Positions 12,153 through 29,043 of a stretch of DNA of 64,000 nucleotides are shown in pieces. The notes beneath the pieces are model-generated. The model made no database searches. It saw only the letters and a list, made by a program, of their open reading frames with translations, and had not been told where the DNA came from. How positions within the stretch are numbered: the first letter of the stretch is position 1; every line of letters starts with the position of its first letter. The stretch covers positions 13,950,001 through 14,014,000 of the forward strand of contig CM102285.1 in NCBI GenBank assembly GCA_046563655.1, in the 5' to 3' direction. The translations under genes were made by a program, and so were the position numbers. Origin of the DNA: Yuukianura sp. NJ FZ-2021 (Eukaryota).

Positions 12153-13772
12153 TCAAGCGATGGTGTAGAGATGATTATGGCGGTGGATAATTGTTCCTCT
12201 GCCTTGATTTACTGCTGAATGGAAGCCGGTAAGAGTCTGTTCAAGTTGCTTGTCACCAAAGGCGTAGTCAGTTGAGTTTTGCCTGTTTGAAGAATCGGAG
12301 TTTTCAGTTTCAGTTTCGGCTAAAGACAACAAGACTTGCTGGAGCAGAGATTCCGATAGAAAGCAGGCTGGTGGTTTAGACGTGTTTCCTTTGTGAGTCA
12401 GATCCAGTTGTGATGGCAGCGTGAATTGAGCTGGTGAAAATGATACACTTGAGAGCAGAGTTTGGCTGAGAGTGATGACTTCTGGAGTGAGAGTTGACGA
12501 GGTCAAGAGAGTAGCCACAAGAGTTGCGTAACCGATAAATGCGATTGTCACCACCTTGAAGTGTATAAATCAATCATGAAGAAATGCTGGGAATTAATTA
12601 GATTAGAGATTGTTGTGGGGCTAAACGTTTTTGCTTACTTGGAAAACGTAGGTATACAGAATTGGCCAAAGAATTTCCCAAGGGAGGAACACATTGGAGA
12701 TGGCGGTGATGTCGGTGTAGGTCATCCAATTCCGACGCTGACTTTCTTGGCAGCTTAGGGAGAGTTCCACTTTGTTCAACGTCGACAGATACTCGTCCAG
12801 GTCAACTTTTACGTTCCATTCCTAGAATAAGAAAAGAAACTTAGAACAATTCCTGGGAACATTACAAATGTTGCCTCAACTTACAATGGCACACAGGAAC
12901 TTGATTTCGAGTTGGTTGAGGTGTTGTTTATCAAATCCAACTGTTTTGACCCAGTCCGAGTTGAAAACGCCGTACTGTTCCCCGTCATCCTGCTCAAATT
13001 TACTAGCCACCAGCTGATGAGAAACAAAATTCGTTGAAAACGTTGAAAAAACGAAAAAATAAAAATCAAACTGAAAAATTTCAACTTACAAGAGCCACCA
13101 CGAAGAGTTCCGAAGGCTTGCAACTGGCAAGATACTTGGGATTGTTTTTGTAAAGTCTTTCCAGGTAAACCAAAGCCATCATAACAGCAGTCGGTGACAC
13201 ACAGGCATTCCGTCCAATTTCAGAGGCCATGTCCAGATCCAAAAAGTCCAGCGTATCCATTTCCATTTTCAAAGTTCCACTTGTAAAGGCATTTACAGCT
13301 AAAACTGTACGCAAAAATAACATCAATTTTATGCCAAAAACGTTCACGCAAACCAAAAATTCTTACTTGTCAACGGGAAGGATGGCCTAGGCGTTGTCGG
13401 AAGACGTCCACCGTAGTAAAGCGTTTTTCCAATTCGTTTTCCAAGTGCAGAGTAGTCGTCAAAAATTTCTTCGTCCGAATCCGTTTCAGCAGCAGTCGTC
13501 GTCACTCGCTCGGGAGTCGTCTTTCGAATGATATTCGTCTTCGTCGTTGAACGAGTACCACTTGCATGTCCACGACTTGAACTAGTAGCGTTGATCTTCG
13601 CCTTGTTTGACCTAGCAGACCTTGACGATGATAACGATGATGACGACGTCGCAGTCTTACTTCTGCAGTGTTCATCCATGACAGTTGATGAGTCACTTAC
13701 TGCGCAGAAGTCGTCCTTTCCTTCGTCTCCAATTCGGTCACCGTTTCCGGTTCCCGACAACGGTGTTTTCAT
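12153..13772 (-). CDS. CNPPD1: Cyclin Pas1/PHO80-domain protein CNPPD1, about 5 coding exons; start codon uncertain
   Basis: RIGKTLYYG.LP....PSFPLT, IGRNACVSPTAVMMALVYLERL...YL....PSELFVVAL, then LVASKF and LEIKFLCAI-EWNV, hydrophobic C-terminal segment. Confidence 0.85.
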
Positions 13773-14904
13773 TCTCACAGGCCTTTATCGTATGTAGTAA
13801 CCGTTGAATTAGTCACTGAAACGCAAAATGAAATGAATGAATATTACTTCTACAAAAAGGTAAGAAAAGTGCAAGGAAAAGATGATCTCAGACAGATTTT
13901 GCAAATTCGCGAAAGAAAGCGGAGTAGAAAAGGGAGTTGCAATTGAAAACTCGAGAGAGATAGGAAACACGGAAGAGCCAAATGAAATTTGCACATACCC
14001 AGACCCAAACCACGGATAATGCTGATGACCTCAGTACTTAATGCGAAAAAGATCGTGATGGTAAAACAACGTAGAACACGAGTAGGTTAGCAAAAAACAT
14101 GTGGTTTTACTTTTCCAAATTGTTTATCATCATCTCACACTCACATCCCTCGATCCCTATGCCTCATTTCCCTCTCTCTTCCCACCTCTTGTGTTAAAAA
14201 CTCAGCTCTGTTGAAGTAAACCGAGAGTATACATTGAATAGAGTATGATACTTTGTAAGAAAAATAGCATATTGAACAATTAAAATCGACAACGTTTTTC
14301 GCTTCTTAATCAATAATCATACGTATGTACACAGGACTAAGACCGGTTAAAATAACATTGAGAGTTGTGTTCAGTTTGAAATTAAAAAAAATACCGAAAA
14401 GCAAAAAAAATGCTCTTACATTGCAAAAACCAAATTGGAAAATTCCAAAATTAAAAGTACTGTAAATCTTAGTCCTGAATACTATATTTGAACTGATAAT
14501 CAAACATTATAGTACTTTATTAATTTATTTCGATACAAGCAATTATGAAATTGTTATGAGTATAGTATGATCGATTGATCTGTTACATTTTAATTGAGTG
14601 GTTACAATTAGTTTGATTCTGTTGCACGTCAGATATTTTGTGGATGCTCATGCGTGTTTACGTGCCACATGCTTCTTGTCTTGCCATTTTTCATCCTGGG
14701 TTTGGTGCGCCTCTCTGCCGAAACCGATTCATTACAGATTGCGGCGTGGTCCGGTTACTGTGTGCTTTCAAATTTTTTAATTTCTTACAACGGGAAATCA
14801 TTGTAAGTTCATGATTTTTGGAGGAGGTCAAAGGTCATACACCAAGCTGTGTTTAATTACTATGTTGGTTTTACTTTACAGAAGGAATTCTGCACTTAAC
14901 AACT

Positions 14905-15617
14905 ATGTCTGACGCAGAAGGGTATGTGCCTTTTCTTTTATCGGCTTCCTTCATGTTCATAGCTGAAATGGTAAATGTTAATTGATTAAATATGTTAATT
15001 TGTTGTAGAGATGATGTTCCCACTGTGGTTGACTCCGGCAGTGGTGAATTCGACATCAACAGTGCTCTCCAAGAGGTTCTCAAGTTGTCCCTGATTGCCG
15101 ATGGACTTTCTCGTGGACTCCATGAAGCAGTCAAGGCACTTGACAAGTGAGTTTTAACGTTAAAATTAAAAGTTAAACAGTTAAACATCTTATGATGAGC
15201 TATTCAGGCATCCCTCTTCCTAAAGAGGAGTTACCCCCTCAACCCTGCGGATTATGTCATTCAATTACTGAAATTGTCCATGTTTACATTACAAATGACA
15301 GAAACAGCACAGGACTTGTGTAACAGTATGGTTTTTTTGTTTACAGACGACAGGCTGTCATGTGTGTCTTGGCTGATGACTGCGATGAAGCGATGTACAA
15401 GAAGTTAGTCCTTGCTCTTTGCAGTGAACATGGCATTCCGCTGCTAAAAGTCGACAATAACAAGAAACTCGGCGAATGGGCCGGACTTTGTAAGATCGAC
15501 AAGGACGGGAAGGCACGAAAGGTCGTGCGATGTTCCTGCGTTGTAATCAAGGACTTTGGAGCGGAGTCACAAGCCAGGGAACAAGTCCTGGAGTATATCA
15601 AGATGCATGGAGACTAG
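14905..15617 (+). CDS. RPS12: 40S ribosomal protein S12; exons about 14905-14921, 15010-15147, 15347-15617
   Basis: [60 protein letters not shown]. Confidence 0.96.
15192..15271 (+). ncRNA. Candidate intronic box C/D snoRNA
   Basis: C box ATGATGA (15192-15198) and D box CTGA (15268-15271) spanning 80 nt inside a longer RPS12 intron; ribosomal protein introns commonly host snoRNAs. Confidence 0.4.
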
Positions 15618-16347
15618 TTCTGTGTTCCCATTGCCGGAGTGGCCATCGGTCTTGTTATTCTTTTTACAGAAATAAATCTTGACACTCCAGTCGGCTCTTT
15701 GCTGTGGTTCCTTTATATTTACTTAAGTTCGTAGAGTTAATTACTTAGCTTTTAGACTAGAAGATATCAGTAAGCTTTAATTGTTAAATTAATTAACAAA
15801 TTAAATTAATCAAATGGTTTGGTTTAATATTTTATTTCCCGTTTGCCCAACTATGGTGAGGGTGGAACTTCGGCGGGAGTCGCGGATTTGAAAAATTGAA
15901 TATTTTGGTTGCGAATTTTATTTTCTTGTTTTGAAAAAAAAGAACATAAGAAAAGAAAGTGACACACTGGTACTGGACGCTGGACGGGACGTGGACACTT
16001 TTGGACAGTCATATCATCAATTAACAATTGATCAATTTAAGTAGAAAAGATTTAGTATCGCTGTTAATTAGTTAAAACGTGAGTCCATAATATCAACATC
16101 CAGTTTAGGTAAGGGGACGAACTATTAAAAGAAATAATATTCAAACAAAATAAGCTGGTAAGAAAAAAATTACGACAAATTTAAACCTTTTGAAAGGCGA
16201 CAAATTAACGATTTTGTTTTTCGGCAGGCCTATTTTCATTTTGGAAGTGCGTGAGTCGAATGACGTCCCCAGTGTCTGGTTTACTGTGGAACCGGAACGT
16301 ATGAACAGCAACGCTACATTATCTCCAGCAAAGGAATAACTGCGACG

Positions 16348-19768
<3,421 letters not shown>

Positions 19769-20397
19769 GGTGAAGTTGCCCTTATGACCTTGTAACCTTG
19801 TTAAAGTCTATGTAGTTTGCTAATTATGTTAGAATTTAGAAGCTGCGTCAAGAGTGGACTCGAGCTGAATAAATTTCAGAAAAAGTCTAAGATTTGCTAA
19901 GATTTTAGCACCGGTTGGGCATCATTGGAGGCTCTGAGCACCGCTTTGTCTACAGCGGCCCACGTTCTTGTGAAATGAAAACTGAGGGAAGCCAGGCGAA
20001 GAATGAAGAAGGTGTTGAATGAAGGTGTGTTTTTAGAGGTAGAAATTCTTTTGTGTCCATTTCAGAAGAAGGTTTGTGAAGTTTTGAGAAGATGCAGAAC
20101 AAGCCCCTGGGCTTATTCTGCTTTTTACTTCAAATCTTCAACTTGTTCTTCACCTGAACAAGTGCAAGACGCACCTCTATTTTTTTCAACTTTTAATTTG
20201 CGAGGGAGGTTCTCCACTTTTCCACTAATAAGACTTTCCAGAGACGCAATTTAGCGAAAAATTAGTAGAATTGAATTTTTGTGTAACTTAGAGAGCTAAA
20301 GTTCAAGAATAAGGTAAGCATTCCATGGCAAAAGTTTTCTAAAAGTTAGAATATTGTGATTTTTCAAAAATTTTAACTGTTTTTTATGTTTCAGAAA

Positions 20398-21455
20398 ATG
20401 GGACTGAAAACGTTGGGAATCGTTTTGGGAGCGGCGATTTTCTGGATCTGGATGGACCCGGCAGTACTTGGTTGCAATGAGGCTGTTTGTGCTTCAATCG
20501 TGTCAAAGTGTACGCTAACGAAATCTTGTAAATGTGAACTGCGGAATTGTAGTTGCTGCAGGGAGTGTTTCGACTGTCTCAGCTACTTGTACTCGGAATG
20601 CTGTTCATGTGTTGGTAAGTGCCGTTCTAGAAATTTTCAGTTTAAAATTGCATGAACTTTTGAACATTTTAAGTTGTGTCCACACTGTTAATTTTGAATT
20701 GATTTTTTTAGAACTTTGTCCGAAACCGAATACGACGCATCACGTTTTGACGCAGAGTCAAGTAGGAGACTTGAAGGAGCCGATGCCAGATCTATTCAAT
20801 ATTTTAACAGAGGAGGTTGACGTGCAAGGACGGTGGTCAACCTTTACGTTTCCAATTGACATTGACCAGTCGTGGTTTCAACCAAAACCAAACACGGATG
20901 TATCCAATACTGCTTATAGTAAGTGATTTTTCGAAACTGAACTGGAATTGTGGAATTTGAAAACGTTTTTGTGAGTTTTCTAATCGATGTTGTTTGTTTG
21001 TAGCGATTGCGGATGGAAAAATTCTGATAGACAGTTCGCGAGACTTTGTGACTGTCAATTGTACAGTGGCTTACATGTCAACTTGTATGCCCTTGAACAA
21101 GTGCAAAAATTCGTGTCACTCGATGGGAGCCAACTACTTCCGGTGGTTTCATGACGGATGTTGTGAATGTATTGGACGAACTTGTATCAATTATGGAATT
21201 GACGAAAGCAGGTTAGTAGAACATAGTTCGTAGTTATTCAATTGATCAATTCAGTGTGGAATTTCCTTACGGTGGTACATTCTTGCATCTTGTTTAATTA
21301 CTTCCTGTTTCCTGATTTCTAGATGTTCTAGTTGTTCGCTGGATGACGAAGTGGACGACGTTGCCGAAGATACTGACGGTGCAGAAGCGACAGTTACAGA
21401 AGAAAAAGCCGCTGAAATTACTGACGAAGGCGAAACACTGTCTAGCACAAGCTAA
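20398..21455 (+). CDS. tsg: Twisted gastrulation BMP modulator, 4 coding exons
   Basis: Signal peptide then CNEAVCASIVSKC...SCKC...CSCC..C..CL..LYSECCSCV; C-terminal NCTVAYM..CM..NKCK.SC.SMGA..FRWFHDGCCECIG.TCINYGIDESRC. Confidence 0.95.
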
Positions 21456-23026
21456 AAGAAACGTTTGAAAACGTTTCGTATTGACCTCTGGACCTGACAG
21501 GATGGAGCTGATACTGACCGAAAAAGTTGAAAGAGGCTAACTTCAATATTTTTATGTTAAAATGCAATATGTAATGTTACCATTTATAACCCGAGTGGGC
21601 ATTTTAGCTTAAGTGTCCAGTAGTGTGCTTGGACTCTGGAAATTTTTCAGAAAGATTTCACATAAGCAGGGCAAATAGGAAAAAGTTGCGCAACTTTTGC
21701 TGTAATAATTTCTTCCCTGCCCGACCTTGACCTTTTTCTTTAGATTTTAACATTAAATACATTTTAATCAATTACTGTAGTTAACTGTGGTTTATGCTGC
21801 AGATGTGACCTTCGTGACCTCCTTTTTCATTTTAGGCTGCAACTTGTGCCTGCAGCGTTTGATACTAAGTGTGGCAACACTGTTTGGTTTTGCGTGTGAC
21901 AAGGCAGAGAGGTTTGATGATGCAGGCAAGAGAAGTGGAGCCTGCTTTTTGTTGATTTTTTTCACACTTCCATTCCATTTCTGCTCTTGCTGATGTCCGT
22001 GTCTCCTGTCTCCTGAGGGCACTACCCTGTTTTTTTGTTGTCAGTTTGATATCCAAGATTCAGAAGAAGTCAGAAGAGGTCATCCATCCCATCTTCCCCA
22101 CACGGTAAATTCGGATAACAACGTTACGGTCCTGTGGTCAGTAAAAACGGATCTTAAAGGCGAGGAAACCAAACAACGGAACGGGTACATTTTTCTGTCT
22201 GTAATTTCATATCCCATGTCCAGATACTCAACTGATCTCAGCAAGTCATAAATTCATTATTAATTAGTTCTACTTTTCGTTTTGGTTTAGATCTGACATC
22301 CGGTTTTCCCGAGAAACACCGACGTTAGTCGATCGGCGTCCGGCGTGCCTGCCACACCTTAAAATCTACCTGTCGGCCGGCCGGTTACGGTGGTACAGCC
22401 AAACGGTGACAATTGGACATTCGAAAAGTGTTTGGCGACGTTACAATCCTAGCCCTGAGTGCACTGGAGCGTAAAGCCAGTGCCGGACATCAATCGGATC
22501 AAGGTTAAACGTAAGGATTGTTTATTTTTGGCGTATGTAGTTCACGATTTATGTCTCTCCTACGCATGCGCAAAACTGACCGTGCCAGTTATGTCACACT
22601 AATCTCGGATGAGCCGGAATGGAAGAATAAGCCAGTTTACCGTTAACGGACCACTTATCGAGTATAATTTTAGCCTTAAGTCAATTCCAAGTTGGAATTT
22701 CCAACGCATGACATGAATTTGTGTAACCGTTTGACAACCAATAACCCTGAACAACGTGGTAACCCCTCTTCAGATTACGTGTATCGATGTGTGTGACGTG
22801 TGTGGAGAACTGGAGCTGTGATCTTCGGACTTCTTATCTCTCGCTATGATAAGTGCTAAACACTTAGGAGTTAGGGCATGCATGTTACCTAAGATTTACA
22901 TCATTGGGGGCTCATCTCCCCACTAATAGCATGACTTTAGTCTGTTCTCATGTCTCAGACTCCTGTCATCACACTTGATTCAAGAAACTAAACTTTTTGT
23001 ATTGATTTCAGGTAGCGGACTTTAAA

Positions 23027-26000
23027 ATGGACACAGCCTTTGACTTCCAGATGCCACTTCTAGTGGTGTCTCTTGCCGGAGCAGCAGGAGTAATCATTTA
23101 TCTCATTTCCGTTTTTGGCATTCGAGAGAAGACGTTCGAGGAAGCCATTGCGTCTCAGAAGGAGATATCACAAGAACTTCTTGGAAAGAAGGAACAGCAA
23201 AAGAAGAAAGCAGTGAAACGTAAGGTCAAGGCCAAGAAAGAAGACAAACCAAAGGAAAAAGAAGACAAACCAAGGGAAAAAGAAGACAAACCACCAAAGG
23301 AAAAGGAACAAGCGGAGAAAGAGAAGGAAAAGGAAGTACATCACTCCCATCATCCTCATGTTGAGATCTGTCCTCAACCGATCATTCTGGATGAAAACCT
23401 TACTCCTCGACGTCCGTCACTGGCTACTACAGGACGTCGTGACTCCATCAAATCAATTCTTGTTAACAAAGCAGAAGTTAGTCCTGTTGGAGAAGGAGAT
23501 GTCATTGTCGAGGCCAATCACTTTGAAAATCGACATCCCAAAGATGACTTTGAACTGAAGAAGCAAATAAGCACTGAAGATGAGATGCCAAATGGAAATG
23601 GATTGGTGGATGACATTGAGAATGAAATTGAAGAGGAAATCATTGAAGCTATGGAGGCTGTCCAAGTTACAACTCAACCTGTACCACCAGCAGCGGGAAT
23701 CTCCGAAAATAATGCTGTCGCTAACAACAACGCTCGAAAACCGTCAAAGAAGTCCAAGAAGGCTACTCTTGTCGCTCCTCCTTCTGACCTCAATGCTACC
23801 AAGCTTGTTTCTGTCATTGACAAAACTTCGTTGACCAGAGACGAAATCCAAAATCTGATTGAGTATCTTCTCAACAGACAAGTTGATGCTGGAATTGCAA
23901 CTGATTGGGTCAACGTAAGAACTTTAATTAATTATTAGGAACTAATTACAGTAGTAAAACCGTCAATTGCAAGTTGCTGGCAACATCGTAAACTGAGTAG
24001 TTGGTTTGATTGGCGGCTACACCGCAAACTTTTTTAATATCGAGTGGGATTGAAATACGCAAAGCATCAACAGCTGATTTGTTTAAGGTTTTACATTCCC
24101 CCCAAAATTTAAGTTTTATCGGTGTTGCAACACAAAAGTTGAGAGGCCTACTTTACTAAACTAGGTTAAAAAAAGTGGAATTTTGAAAGTCTTTACTGTT
24201 TTTTTTAGAAATCGAAAGCTGATACGACTGCTTCTTTGAAGAAAGCTTTGGCAGAAAAGGAAGCTCAACTTGCAGAAGAGAAGGTTATGGGTGAATCGCT
24301 GCAACTAAAGTTGAAGGACGTTCGGCAAGAATACAACGCCGAGAAGAACCGATTTCTCGGAATGAAGAAGGCCTTGGAAGATAGAATCACTGCGCTTCAA
24401 CAAGAATCTCAACAATATCAAATTCGAATCCAACAGTTGAATGTTGTGATCAGTGAGAAGGCTAACTTGGAACGCCAACTCCAAGAATCACAACGTCGTT
24501 ACCAGGCTCTGGAGAATGAGAATGTCAACATCAAGAAAGTGTTGAGTCAAGACCAAGGTTTCCGGATGAAAGCAGAGGGTCTGGAGAGAGAACTGGAAAC
24601 TATACGCACCCAGTGCGCTCATCTTGATAGCCAACTCAAAGCGGCGCTTCATTCAAACCAAGAATTGGGTGCTCAAAACCGTGGACTCCAAGAACATGCA
24701 AGAAACCTCGAAACGAAACTGGCTGAATACGAACATCTTCAAGGATTTCATGCTCAGCTTCAAGAAAGAGAGGCTCATTTGGTTAATGAATTGAAGCACA
24801 TGGAGGCAAAAGTACTGGAAGCTGAAGGAGAGAAAAATGGGCTGAAAGATAAACTGCGAGAAATTGAAGAGGAAGTTCGTGTGAACAAGGAAGAAGCTGA
24901 GAGAAAAGTTGAGGTAAAATCTTAATTACTTTAGGAGTATTATGAACAAGTTATGTAAATGATACTGACACTACTAAAATTTTTTTCAGGAGTTTCATCA
25001 AAATGAAAAACACACAAAGAACTTATTGGAAGACGCAAAGTCAAACTTGACCCAACTTGAGAATCAACTGAAATCTAAGGAGTCTGAATTGAAGAAATTG
25101 CAAGATGAGAAAAATAGTTCGACGGAAGAGCTTCATCTCCGGAATAAAAAACTTGAGGAGGACGCAGTTGCATTGGAGAAAAGGTTAGATTAGTGCCATT
25201 GTGTTGTGTATGCTTCGAAGTGGATTTACAGCAAACTAAGGATAAGGTGTGACTAATTTTTGATTCTTCTTAGATTGGGGACAGCAGATTCAACTGTCAC
25301 CGTTCTCCGTGCAGAAACCCAACAATTGACGGACAAGATCTCCAAAACCGACTTAGAAATCCATAGTTTAAATTCGAAGAATAAGGTTAGCTATACTATA
25401 CTATTTACATTTTGATCACATATAATTTTGATTTTAGGCGTGTCGTTTTTCGGTTTTAACCTAATTTATGTCTATTCCAGGAGTTGGAAGAGGAAAATTC
25501 CAAACTTGCAGAATCTTTACGTCTGAGTGCAAGTAATTTAGAAGCACAATCCAAGGCAGCTGAATCCCACGCCGAAGTAGTGGAGAGAACAGCAAAGGAA
25601 GCCCAGTTACATTCAATCCAAGACCTGTTGGAATCCATTTCAGGAATTACAGTACAAAAGGTAGAAATATATATAGTTTTTCTCTATTTTCATTTTTATG
25701 TCAGTTATGTCAATTAAAATGTTTATGTTTTATAGAATTCCGAAGGTTGGATGACAGATTTTATGAACGACTTGACCAATAGGTTGACCCCACCCAAAGA
25801 AGACAATTCAGCCGACCTTGAGAAAATTGAGAAACTCGAGGGTGAAGTGCAACACTACCAAAGAACACTCCAGAATACGGTGAGTTATCGATTTAGCTGA
25901 GCATTTTTGGTTTCAAAATTTTGTAGTTTTTTTTTCAAAATTTCCTAATTTCTTCAAAATTCTTGTTCCAGGAGGCAATCCTGAGTCGTCTTGAGCAGAG

Positions 26001-26650
26001 TATTGCAGATTCAGAGAAAGGTTGGGAGGAAAAGCTGCAAGCGAAGAATGCAGAATTAGAGGAAGCCCTTAAGGCTCCTTCACTTCAGGCTAATGTAGCT
26101 CACCTAGAAGTTGAGTTGAACCTACAAAGGGAATCAAATGCTAAACTTATTCAGCTAAACAGGGATCTCGAGGAAAAACTTTCCAATTCTCACTCTCAAA
26201 AGGAAGACGTAAGTTCGAATCCGAAGCTTTCTTTTTTGTGTATAAGGTTTGGTTAAAAATTCACACTTTTTAATTTTGTTTTCGTAGACCGTGTCCATAG
26301 CTTCACTGGAAGAGCTCAAGGTTGAGAATCAGGAACTTCGAGCCGAAGTTGAGAGACTTAGCCACGCTCCACATTCAGAAGTTGCTACAAATGGAAACGG
26401 CACATCACCCAAACTCAATAGTTCACCTTCCACAGTCAGTGTTGATGTAAGACTTCATCAAAGTTACAAAAAACTTCGAAGAACTTTGTTTTTCATCAAA
26501 AACGTGAAACTTGAATGTAACTTTGTTTTTTAGTCAAAGGGAAGCGAACACCGAAGTGCAGACAGTGAGCTTCTTTCACCTACGGGAACAGGAGAAACGA
26601 AGAAGAAAAAGAAGGTACTGAGCGGGCTCTTCGGGAGTAAAAATAAGTAA
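23027..26650 (+). CDS. Kinectin / ribosome-binding protein 1 (p180)-like ER membrane coiled-coil protein, multi-exon
   Basis: N-terminal TM followed by GIREKTFEEAIA and a Lys-rich stretch, LTRDEIQNLIEYLLNRQ...W motif, long coiled-coil exons, LQRTLQNT|EAILSRLEQS. Confidence 0.8.
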
Positions 26651-27814
26651 AAACGAAAGTTTCCCCGGGCCCCCCAGCCCCATTCGAAATTCATTCCCCC
26701 TTAGAAAGGAAAAGTTAACTTAAAAAGTCAATTTAAACTCACAATTTAAAGTTAGAGACTTAAACACAATTTAGGAATCACACTACTTAAAAGTGCCCTT
26801 GGGAGTTTGAACTTAACCCATTGTTTTTGTTTTTCTTCCCTGTAGACATCCATCCTCCGTTTGAGTAAATTAATATATTTTGAGTTGGGCTAAGGGAAAC
26901 TCCTCTGGGCGGAACAAAATCAAAACTTTGACCCCACGGCAAAAAATGATAGGAACCCACGTCAAAAAGTTTGACCCCACGTCAAAAAAGAGAAGGACAA
27001 GGAGGGAGAAACAGGTTTCTGTGGCGGGAAAATTTTTTCGCAATTTTCCTATTCCTTTTTTCCGTTTTTGTCTGCATTTATTGTTTTTTTTTCTCTTTTT
27101 GTTAAATGTAATTTCTTGATTATTGCTTAAACTGGGCCGCTTTTCCTTTTCCTTCCAGAAGTTTTTGAGTCCAAAAAAACCGAAAAGCAAAAAGAGTACG
27201 ACAGGTAACGAATTATCGGTAAAATTTTTTTTTGTGGGTATCGGAGCAACATTTTTGGGTAATTTTGCAGTTTAGCTAAAATCTGTCTACAATGTTGTTC
27301 CGTCTGTCTCCTTTTTGCTTCCAAAACGTAAAATACTTTATGTACTTGTGGGGAAATATTGCTTTTTGTTGTGCTTAATTTTCTGTGGGTGCTTTTTAGT
27401 GTAATAAAATTTTTGGTTCCATCACAATTTAATCAAATATCACAGTTTCAGTGGTTAAATTTAGGTTAATTGACTTTGACTCCCAAAAATTAATTGCTCT
27501 TTCTAACTTTTGGGCTATGTATATTTTTTTTTGCAATTTGACCAAATACAACGCTGCATTTCTTTTCACTAGTTTCATAACAATTTTCTTTGAAAAACAG
27601 TAGAATGCTTCTCAAAATTGCACGGTTTTTTAAAAGTGGGAATGAAAACAATGGTAAGCGGGTATTGGTGGTGGTGGGACGGTGTAGGCGGGGCTTAAAA
27701 ACTGCACAATTGTGAATGTGGGGCTTTCCAATTCCAAGCACCATTTCGCACCCTGACTAATCTTTGCTTTGATAACTTAATTTTCAATTAATGTGGATAA
27801 ATTAACTTCTTTAG

Positions 27815-27847
27815 GCTGCTTCTGCCAAAAAGGAGAAAAAGACTTGA
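27815..27847 (+). CDS. Probable alternative terminal exon (AASAKKEKKT*) of the kinectin/RRBP1-like gene
   Basis: TTCTTTAG acceptor in frame with the AAG|GTACTG donor at 26614/26615. Confidence 0.45.
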   Translation, partial: AASAKKEKKT

Positions 27848-28467
27848 ATTGAAGACGAAAAGCAACATTTTAAGCGTCTATGTCAAGGGAGTCCACAAAC
27901 AGCAAAAAATCTAACAAATTGCCATGCCTCTTCTGTTCTTTGCAGCTCCTCTTAATTAAAAACACTTGCTAATCATGGTTACGATCTTTCTGTGCTGCGC
28001 AGCATCTTTTACTGTACAACTTTAACTGCAACTCTCATTAAAACTTCGTACTGTGTCTCTGTTTACTGTTTGTGACGAAAATTAATTTAAGAAAAAACAC
28101 ACGCCAATCTATCCAATTTCCTCCACCAAAACCTGTATTTGTTGATTCTCATCTTCAGAAGAAAAGAAAACTGAGGTTATAAAAGATAACATAACAAAAG
28201 GGAAGAAAAACGAGTTTTTAGGAGCAATTCTCATTATAAGATTGTGAAGAAGTTTTCAAGTTTTAGATTTCATGAGAAGTTAATAATTTATTTAGTTTCT
28301 ACTAAAAAGAAGACAAAACAAGTTGTTATTTGGTGAATGGGGGGAAAAGTGGAAATAAAACAAGAAAAAGTTATGCAACTTTTGGTTAGAATTGAAATTC
28401 TTCTTGTCACTTTTATCTAAAAACTGGTTCAAGTTTTTCAACTTTTCGTGTTTCCTTTTTTGGTTGG

Positions 28468-28817
28468 CGTAAACCTAAAGTGCATCCGTTGTAACCACCG
28501 GCACTATTTTTGTATCCACTCAGTGGCTGACAGTGGCGATAGATATTCACTTTTTTGACGTTTCGTCCAGTGGATAATATATTTCATCCAATTATATCCG
28601 GAAAAAATGGCTGGATGAAATGGATAGAAATGGATACTTACACCTAATTTGATGCAGATGGAAGAAATATTTATCCATCCGACAACACTGGTGGTTGCAA
28701 TGCAGTTGGTATGTTAATGTTGTTTTTAAACTTTTGTATCCACCTGAGTGCAACCGTACGGTGTAACCTCAGGGTGCTTACACTGTGTGGTTACAACGAA
28801 TGCAACGCAGGTTTACG
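28468..28817. mobile_element. MITE-like element with imperfect terminal inverted repeats of about 31 bp
   Basis: Left CGTAAACCTAAAGTGCATCCGTTGTAACCAC versus reverse complement of right end CGTAAACCTGCGTTGCATTCGTTGTAACCAC; non-coding interior; no clear TSD. Confidence 0.5.
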
Positions 28818-29043
28818 TTAATATCTTTCGTTTTTTGTTTTTTTGGACCAAAAATCTGATCCCAGAGCCTTTTATTATTCAGAAAGGAACAAAGCCAAGG
28901 CGAGGAACGAGACGAGAGCAGCCGAAAAGCTAGTTAATTACATTTAAATTTAAGTTAACCCTAGCCTCAGTTTTTTTGAAATCTTTGGTTTTTCTACTAG
29001 ATTTTTTGAAAATTGTGCTGAAAAGCGAGAAAAGTGTTAATTT

